A stretch of DNA of 62,524 bases, the filler included, from Spirochaetales bacterium (GTDB lineage: Bacteria; Spirochaetota; Spirochaetia; Treponematales; UBA12059): NCBI GenBank assembly GCA_016928955.1. It is 5 parts of 5 records of this genome, joined end to end, with 100 filler letters (N's around TTAATTAATTAA, not from the genome) between each part and the next. Parts side by side here need not be neighbours in the genome. Positions count along the whole stretch, not along the records: positions 54,384 to 58,579 come from JAFGJV010000052.1; positions 58,680 to 62,524 come from JAFGJV010000017.1; 3 more parts are not named here. One strand, written 5' to 3'. Shown in pieces: positions 55,802 through 62,524 of the stretch (position 1 is the first letter of the stretch; the number at the start of each line of letters is the position of its first letter). A program made the translations under genes and the position numbers. The notes beneath the pieces are model-generated. The model had not been told where the DNA came from. It did no database searches and saw nothing but the letters and a program-made list of their open reading frames with translations.

Positions 55802-58579
55802 ACCAGATCCCCCAATCCGAGCGCTGCGGCCAATGCGTCCTTGATGGAACGAGCGTCGTCCCTGCTCAGGTTCCGTTTGGTCCACAGCTCGCGCGACAGC
55901 TGGCCCCCGGCGTCACGCCAGGCCAGGAAATCGTCCAACTGCTTCTGCCAGCCTTCCACCAAGGCCTGGACACGGTCGTCCGGCAGGCTGTCCGGCACGC
56001 GCAGCTCTCCCCGCGCCCCGAACGGACCGGTGGACAGGGACACGTCCACGGCGTGGGACCGCCGGCGTTCGGGGTCCACGCGTGGCCCGTCGTCCAGCTC
56101 TGCGACAGTGAACTGGCTGTGCGGGACAGCGCTTGCCCCCAGGTCCCCCGCGTAATTGAAGAGCACGTCCGACGCCTGTTCAACGTGTCCCCTGTCCAGC
56201 AAGGCCAGCCAGGCGTGCCCGCCCATGGGCGCGGCGTCAAACTGGTCGGCCAAGGCGGACAAAAGGCCGTTCCAGTCGCCGCAGTCGTCCGTGTCGAGCG
56301 CCACCGGATGGATGGCGGTGAACCAGCCCACCGCGCCTGAGGGGTCGAGGCCGTCCATGGGCGCGCGCCCGTGGCCTTCCATGTCCACGGCCACCCGGGC
56401 GCTTCCCGTCCAGTCGGCCCAGGCGGCCATAAAGGCGCCTGCCAGCACGTCCCTGAGCGAAAGACCGCGAGCGCCGGCGACCGCCGCCTTGAGCCGCTCT
56501 ACGGAACCAGGCGCGATCTTGAAGCGCACTGAGCGGGACGAGCCCCAGGTGCCCGCCTGAAGACGCGGGCCGCCCGCGGCACACCCTTGTAAAAGGCGAC
56601 GGTAGTATTCCCGCGCCGGACCTTCCTCCCCGCCTGAAAACACCCGGTCCAATCCGGCCGCCCAGGCCCCGAACGGTACGCCCGTGCCGCCCGGATCGCC
56701 GTCTGTCAGGTAGGCGCGGGCCAAGCCGGACACCAGGGCGTTCCATGACACCAGATCCACGGCCAGATGGTGGACGGACAGCTGAACGTGGTCCGCGCTC
56801 GAACCCCGGTACAGCCTGGCGGCAAACAGAATGCCCGACGCAGGATCCAACCTGTCGTGGAGGCCGCTCCCCAAACGGCTTACTGCTTCATCGTCGCCAT
56901 CCACGGTCTCGAAACAATATGAAGGATCCACGTGGACCGACGGGCCGTTCCCGGCATACGAACGGCGCAATGCGTCATGCGACGCCACCAGGGACGCCAC
57001 GGCCCGTTCCAGCCGACCCGGATCCAGGCGCTCCGAAGCTCTCAGCGTCAGCGACTGGGCAAACTTCCGCGCTCTCTCGCCGTCCACGCCGAAGAACCAG
57101 CGCTGTACCGGCGACAAGGGCGCCTCCAAAGGAGCATCGGAGCGCGGGTCCGGGTCCCCGGCGCGCCGCATGGCGGCAAGTATGCCATCCAGGCTGGGGT
57201 CGGCGAACACGTCGCGAACGTCCAGCGTCCAGCCCCGCTCCGCAAGGCGGGAGGCCAGCTGTATGACCTTGATCGAGTCGCCGCCGGCGGAGAAAAAGTC
57301 CGTGCCGGCCGGTATGCCCGCAGGCCCCAGAATTTCCTCCAGGCTTTGCCTGAGGGCGCTTTCTGCATCGCTGGCGTCGCCAGATGGAGCGCTTGGCCCG
57401 GCTGCCCGGGCGCGCACGGGTTTGGGCAGGGCAGCGCGGTCCACTTTGCCGTTCCGCCCGACTGGGAGCGCGTCCATGAGCACCCAGGCGCCGGGTACCA
57501 TGTACTCAGGCAATACCGCCGACAGAGCCGAGCGGTACGAGTCCTCGTCGCCCGCGCCAACCACCCACGCTACGATGCGTCTGTCCGCACCCGAGCCGAC
57601 CAGGCCTACCACGGCGTCTTTCACGTTGCTCAGGGCCTTGAGTCGGGTTTCTATCTCGGCCAGCTCTATGCGGTATCCCCTCAGCTTGACCTGGCCGTCC
57701 TTGCGTCCCAGGTATTCCAGCTGGCCGTCATCCGTCCAGCGGACACGGTCGCCGGTCTTGTACCAACGCCGTCCGTCCTCCTCAGCAAAGGACTCGGAAC
57801 GCGGCGCGTTGAGGTAGCCCCTGGCTACGCCGACACCCGACAGCCACAGCTCACCGCTTGCCCCGGGCGGCAGTCTCCGTCCGGACAGCCCGCGGACGCT
57901 TGCCCAGACATTGCTCAGGGGCACCCCCGCGACACAACGCCCGTCCCCCGCGCGGATGGCTCCGCCGGTGGCGTAAATACTGGCCTCCGTGGGGCCGTAC
58001 AGGTTGACCATGGCGCAACCCGGGCGCTCGGCCATGAAGGCGGCGCTGGCTGCCGGGTTGTACGCCTCGCCGGCCTGTATCACGTAGCGCAAGCCCGACA
58101 GCGGCCGTCCAGCTATAGCCTTGGACCACTCGTTGAACATGCTCGGCACAAAATTCACGTGCGTGACGCCGAACGTGTCTATCGCGTCCGCTATGGCCGC
58201 CGGCACGCGTTCGTCGCCATCATCCAAAATGGCCAGGGACGCGCCGGCGCAGGTCCAACCGAACAATTCGGTCAGAGACACGTCAAAGGCATGGTTGGTC
58301 TTGAAGAGGTAGCGGCCGTCCCTGCCCAGCGGGAAACGGGCTTCCAGATCAAACAGGATGTTGGCCAGGCCGCCCAGTTCTATCTCCACGCCCTTGGGCG
58401 TGCCGGTAGAGCCGGACGTGTATATCACGTAGGCAAGGCGACGCGGGTGGTAGGCGGCCGCCGTGATAGTCCCGCCAGTGGCCAGGGTAGACACATCAAG
58501 CACCCGGACGCCGTCCCCGGCCAGGGCCTGAGCGCGCTCCAGGTTGCCGCTGTCGCACACCAGAGCCGTGGCCCCGGAA
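55798..58579 (-). CDS. NRPS subunit: adenylation-PCP-epimerization (5' truncated)
   Basis: YTSGSTGTPKG, YGPTE, YKTGD, QVKLRGYRIEL, NGKVDR; PCP FFSAGGDSI; E domain HHLAVDLVSW, EGHGR, VGWFT, FNY. Confidence 0.94.
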
Positions 58580-58679
58580 NNNNNNNNNNNNNNNNNNNNN
58601 NNNNNNNNNNNNNNNNNNNNNNNTTAATTAATTAANNNNNNNNNNNNNNNNNNNNNNNNNNNNNNNNNNNNNNNNNNNN
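58580..58679. other. Artificial contig spacer
   Basis: N run containing TTAATTAATTAA. Confidence 0.97.
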
Positions 58680-58815
58680 CATCCACGGCCACGCGGAACG
58701 CCCGACGTTCCGCGACGTCAGGGATGACGCAGGGGACGTGATGTTCTTCAAGTTCAACGTGTAGGCACCCGCCCTCGGGCTCACGGACGGACGCGGGATG
58801 CTCAGGCGGCCTGGC

Positions 58816-59235
58816 TCAGTTTCCGACCAGGCGCCTGCCAAAGTCCCTGGCCCGCCCAAGGTCGTCAGCGTCCGGATGGCGCATCTGGAAGATGGCCAAT
58901 CGTCCCTTGCAGAAGAACGACTCTTTTTCCACGGCTATGCCCCGCTCGGACAGAAGGCGCCTGAGCGTCCCAACCGTGTCGCTCTGCCTGAAGCCCGTTG
59001 AGAACACCGCAGCCCGCCTGACCGAGCGCGGGTCCAAGGACGCTATGAAGCGCCGTACCTCGGGCGGCACGCTGTGGCCGTGCGTGGCGTAGGACGCCGC
59101 CCCCACAAAGAGCAGGTCCGCGTCAGCTGCTCCGGCCGACAGCTCGGCCGCCTGGCAGCCGGCGCCCTCGGCCAAGGCCAGGGCCACCTTCTTGGTATTA
59201 CCCGTAAGCGAATGGTATCTGACGGCCGCTTTCAT
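58816..59235 (-). CDS. Flavodoxin-like protein
   Basis: YHSLTGNTKKVA, HPDADDL..A. Confidence 0.85.
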   Translation of the reverse strand: MKAAVRYHSLTGNTKKVALALAEGAGCQAAELSAGAADADLLFVGAASYATHGHSVPPEVRRFIASLDPRSVRRAAVFSTGFRQSDTVGTLRRLLSERGIAVEKESFFCKGRLAIFQMRHPDADDLGRARDFGRRLVGN

Positions 59236-59645
59236 AGCGTCGCCCCCTTCTTCATGGCGTCCTCAATGGCCTTGAGGATCGTTATGCTCGAGTGCGTGGC
59301 GCCAGCCACCACATCCACGTCCAGGCTCTGGGTTTCCAGCACGGCGTCCACAAGGATTTCTGCCGCCTGCCCCTGGCCGTTGAAATGCTTGACTAGCTCC
59401 AGGCTGACCAGCCGTCCTCCCCGGACGCCGAGTTCAACCTTTACGTCCACCGGAAACAGGGACGCGTGGCCCTCGTAGTTGCCGTCGGCAAGCGTCGACA
59501 CGTCGACCAGCTCGATCTCGTCCTTCATGGCCCGGTAACGCTCCGGCGACACCTGACACGAACACAACACGATCGCGGCGGCCAGAGCGGCCAGCAGCGC
59601 CAGCGTGGCGCGGCCAGCGGCGTGTATCACTCTTCTAGTACTCAT
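59232..59645 (-). CDS. FMN-binding (flavinylation-substrate) lipoprotein
   Basis: Lipobox VLCSC; DGNYEG, QSLDVDVVAGATHSS..LKAIE. Confidence 0.85.
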   Translation of the reverse strand: MSTRRVIHAAGRATLALLAALAAAIVLCSCQVSPERYRAMKDEIELVDVSTLADGNYEGHASLFPVDVKVELGVRGGRLVSLELVKHFNGQGQAAEILVDAVLETQSLDVDVVAGATHSSITILKAIEDAMKKGATL

Positions 59646-59818
59646 GCAATCCTTCCTTGCCATCCATGCTATGCGGCCCAGTATACCCCGAGCCAGCGGC
59701 ACCGGCCATGTCCAAGCGCGAAAAAAAACTGTCCGCGCGCGCAGTCGGACAGCCGCGCGCTTTAACTTGTCCAGGCAAGCTCCGGGGCGTATACTCCGCC
59801 GGAGGCGGTTAACCACGG

Positions 59819-60859
59819 ATGGCCATTCTGAAACTCAAGAGGGCGGACGACGTATCGACGACGCTCCTGGCCCAGCTGCTCAGGTACACGGACGGCATAG
59901 GCCTGGACCGGGCTGCCCTGCTCGGCGCGGGAGGGGTGAGCCAGCGCGACCTTGAACGGCCAGACGGACGCATTCCCGTCGGCGCGTACAACGCCGTGGA
60001 GGAGGAGGCGGCCAGGCTGTCCTGCGACCCCTGCTTTGGCCTGCATGTGGGCCAGGCCGCGGAGCCAGGCGGATGGTCGGTCCTTGGGTATCTCATGATG
60101 AACTGCCAGGACCTTGGGCAGGCTTTTGAAAAATCAGCCCGATACGCCCGCATACTGGGCACCGTCATCCAGGGCAGAGGATCGCTGTCCGGTTCGTGCG
60201 TCCTCATGGAGCTCCACGCCCGTCCGGGAGCCCAGACCCTGTCCCGCCATTGCTACGAAACGGTTTTCTCCAGCACCCTGCGCATGATGCGGACCCTCAC
60301 CGGCCAGCAGGTCCGCCCCAAGGAGGTACGCTTCCCCTGGCCCCTGCCCGGTGCGGCGGACGAATACGAGCGCGTCTTTGGCTGTCCGGTTCTCTTTGAC
60401 CAGCGGGGCGTCAGCATGCTGGTTCCCCTGGACGTGTTCAAACTGCCCATCCTGGCGCCGAATGGCATCCTGCTCGAGCGCTTTGAGGAGTGGGCCCGCT
60501 CCTACCTTGATGAGCTGGACGACGCCAACCCGACCACCCGGGCCGTCACAACCGTTATCCTGGGCCGACTAGACGACCCCCGGCTGTCCCTCGGTTCCGT
60601 AGCCAGGGAACTCGGTTTGGGCGCCCGAACCCTGCAGAACAGGCTGGACGACGAAGGCGTGAAATTCAGCCAGCTTCTTGGGTCAACCAAGGAGCGCCTG
60701 GCCAGGAAACACCTGGCTGAGGGAAAACACGTTGACGAGATAGCGTACATGCTCGGGTTTTCGGATCCGAGCGCCCTGTCCAAGGCTTTCAGGCGGTGGA
60801 CAGGCACGACCCCCAGCCAATTCCGGGCTGCCAGTCCGTCGGACGCAGAATCGGCCTAG
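59819..60859 (+). CDS. AraC family transcriptional regulator
   Basis: FGLHVGQ N-domain; RTLQNRL..IAYMLGFSDPSALSKAFRRWTGTTPSQFR. Confidence 0.93.
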   Translation: MAILKLKRADDVSTTLLAQLLRYTDGIGLDRAALLGAGGVSQRDLERPDGRIPVGAYNAVEEEAARLSCDPCFGLHVGQAAEPGGWSVLGYLMMNCQDLGQAFEKSARYARILGTVIQGRGSLSGSCVLMELHARPGAQTLSRHCYETVFSSTLRMMRTLTGQQVRPKEVRFPWPLPGAADEYERVFGCPVLFDQRGVSMLVPLDVFKLPILAPNGILLERFEEWARSYLDELDDANPTTRAVTTVILGRLDDPRLSLGSVARELGLGARTLQNRLDDEGVKFSQLLGSTKERLARKHLAEGKHVDEIAYMLGFSDPSALSKAFRRWTGTTPSQFRAASPSDAESA

Positions 60860-61081
60860 TTTTGCACTCTTCCAGCTGGCCCGCCCCCGTTCAGCGTGAT
60901 ATACTGGGGCGATGGCGGGCACGGTAGCGCGTTTCGGCCGCACCGTTCCCCAGCATGATAAAAGGGCGTCTCATCCCCGGGCTCATTCCCCTGTTCCCGT
61001 CAGCCGACCAAGGTGTACCATCATCGCGTCGCGATGATCGTTCCGCCGGTCCTGCCCTTGTGGGTTTTCAAGGAGGCTGAC

Positions 61082-62302
61082 ATGGACGTGGTCATCAGGG
61101 AGCAGTTCAATGGGCGCTGGGGCGTGTCTTTTCCGGCCCATAGCCCGCTGGAAGGTTTTTTCAATAATGTCCTTGGCCGGGTTGCCTGGTCGGGCCCGTG
61201 CCGTTTGCTGGTGCCTGATTGCCAGGCGGCCTTGGACGGGCTCCTCAGCGCCCTGGCCAAAACGGGCCTCTTTTTCGGCCCCAGCCGCGACGACGTTGCG
61301 GCGACCAACGGCCTGCCGGAGGCCAGCCCCAAGAACGACTGCCTGTCGTTCATAGACCGTACCCGCGACGCCCTCAGGAGCCTCCATTACAGCCGCCGTA
61401 CAGAGGATGCGTACCTGACCTGGATCCGTGCCTTTATGGAACGCTACGGCGTCCCGCGATCCGGCGACCCCGTGGAACAGCGCATCAACGACTTCCTGAC
61501 CCATGTGGCCGTTGACAGGAAGGCGGCAGCCTCCACCCAGAACCAAGCCCAGGCCGCGCTCCTCTTTTTTTTCAGGCGAATAGTGGGTACGGATCCGGGC
61601 GACCTTGGCGACATTGTCCGCGCAAAACGCCCCCTGCGCCTGCCCGTGGTCCTGTCCCGCGACGAAGTAAAGGCCGTGCTCGACATGCTCAGCGCAGACA
61701 TGCGGCTGTTGGCCAGCCTCTTGTACGGAGGCGGCCTCCGCCTTCAGGAAGGAATACAACTGCGGGTGCAGGACCTAGACCTTGTCCGTCGCCAGATCCT
61801 GGTCCACGGCGGAAAAGGCGACAAGGACAGAGCGACCACCCTGCCGGAAAGCGTCATCCCCGCCATCCGCCAGCATCTCCAAAGGATCAAGGCCATACAC
61901 GAAAAGGATCTGTCCGAAGGCTGGGGCGCCGTTGCCCTGCCAACAAGCGTGGAGAAGAAGTATCCGTCAGCCAGCCGGGAATGGGCCTGGCAGTGGGTTT
62001 TCCCCCAGCGCAGACGCTGGAGAAACCTGGAGAACGGCAAGCAGGGCCGTTTTCATATCGACCCATCGGTTGCCCAACGCGCCGTCCATGACGCCGTCAA
62101 GCTGGCGGGCATTACCAAAAGGGCCAGTTGCCACACGTTCAGGCACTCCTTTGCCACTCACCTTCTGGAATCAGGCTACGACATACGGACCGTGCAGGAG
62201 CTCCTTGGACATTCAGACGTCCGGACTACCCAAATATACACCCACGTACTCAATAGAGGCGCAAGCGCTGTCAGAAGCCCCCTGGACCCCTCGTCATATT
62301 AG
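61082..62302 (+). CDS. intI: Integron integrase with an N-terminal extension
   Basis: HYSRRTE.AY..WI, ASTQNQA, YGGGLR, GKGDKDR, integron patch KKYPSASREWAWQWVFP, HTFRHSFATHLLE, LLGH, TTQIYTHV; AAGGAGG RBS. Confidence 0.95.
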   Translation: MDVVIREQFNGRWGVSFPAHSPLEGFFNNVLGRVAWSGPCRLLVPDCQAALDGLLSALAKTGLFFGPSRDDVAATNGLPEASPKNDCLSFIDRTRDALRSLHYSRRTEDAYLTWIRAFMERYGVPRSGDPVEQRINDFLTHVAVDRKAAASTQNQAQAALLFFFRRIVGTDPGDLGDIVRAKRPLRLPVVLSRDEVKAVLDMLSADMRLLASLLYGGGLRLQEGIQLRVQDLDLVRRQILVHGGKGDKDRATTLPESVIPAIRQHLQRIKAIHEKDLSEGWGAVALPTSVEKKYPSASREWAWQWVFPQRRRWRNLENGKQGRFHIDPSVAQRAVHDAVKLAGITKRASCHTFRHSFATHLLESGYDIRTVQELLGHSDVRTTQIYTHVLNRGASAVRSPLDPSSY

Positions 62303-62425
62303 ACTGATACTGATAAAAACGGGAGCTTATGGGCACGCGAATCATTATTAAGGTAGATATTGTTCATCTTTAACCTCACTATTGCTAACAGGAAAAAATT
62401 AAGGTGTTTGAGAAATACTGGGGAT

Positions 62426-62446
62426 GAGTCGAATTATTGTTCTGCC
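62426..62446 (+). other. Putative attI site downstream of intI
   Basis: GAGTCGAA-TTATT-GTTCTGCC at the abrupt switch from an AT-rich spacer to GC-rich sequence. Confidence 0.5.
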
Positions 62447-62524
62447 TACGCCTGCGGCGACGGAGCGGTTTCAGTGCTACGACCCGCGCCGGACCTCCGG
62501 CCGACGGCGCGTATACAAAAGAAC

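Noticed and set aside
15107..58635. Many long antisense or alternate-frame ORFs (e.g. 15107-16738, 28145-29269, 50934-52766, 56932-58635)
   Set aside because: Shadow ORFs of GC-rich genes that overlap well-supported CDSs and carry no motifs.
21211..58679. Four identical TTAATTAATTAA motifs embedded in N runs
   Set aside because: Artificial six-frame-stop contig linkers, not biological repeats; gene adjacency across them (e.g. corA-NRPS, NRPS-flavodoxin) was not interpreted.
58680..58765. Short + strand frame ending ...DVMFFKFNV*
   Set aside because: Probably the 3' tip of a gene cut by the contig edge; too short to identify.
1..62524. CRISPR array or rRNA
   Set aside because: No regularly spaced direct repeats, cas genes or rRNA-like sequence seen.

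Overview
GC-rich bacterial draft sequence, most likely from an anaerobic spirochaete (Treponematales-like). The placement is inferred from the C-terminally extended L34, UDG-priA adjacency, 'AMGGKE'-type SBP signal, frequent ATA codons and an inverted integron. The window is five contigs joined by artificial 100-nt N/TTAATTAATTAA spacers (contigs 1-21210, 21311-24933, 25034-54283, 54384-58579, 58680-62524), so adjacency across spacers is not biological. Core content includes dus, earP-efp (Arg32-type EF-P), UDG-priA, a DEAD-box helicase, tRNA-Leu(TAA), ackA, jag-yidC-yidD-rnpA-rpmH, MATE, tRNA-Gly(CCC), wtpABC, rnfCDGEAB and corA. The most notable observations are: (i) an adenylate cyclase-STAND ATPase-TPR protein plus a stand-alone cNMP receptor, translationally coupled to UDG and PriA; (ii) an NRPS fragment (A-T-E, then a DCL-type C domain); (iii) a P3-less, tungsten-cofactor-type Moco riboswitch with an unusual P5 insertion in front of wtpABC; (iv) an integron integrase with an N-terminal extension and a downstream attI-like site; (v) an AT-rich TA / toxin-tip island behind a second attI-like site; (vi) a family of intergenic palindromic repeats and an inverted copy of the tRNA-Gly 3' end.
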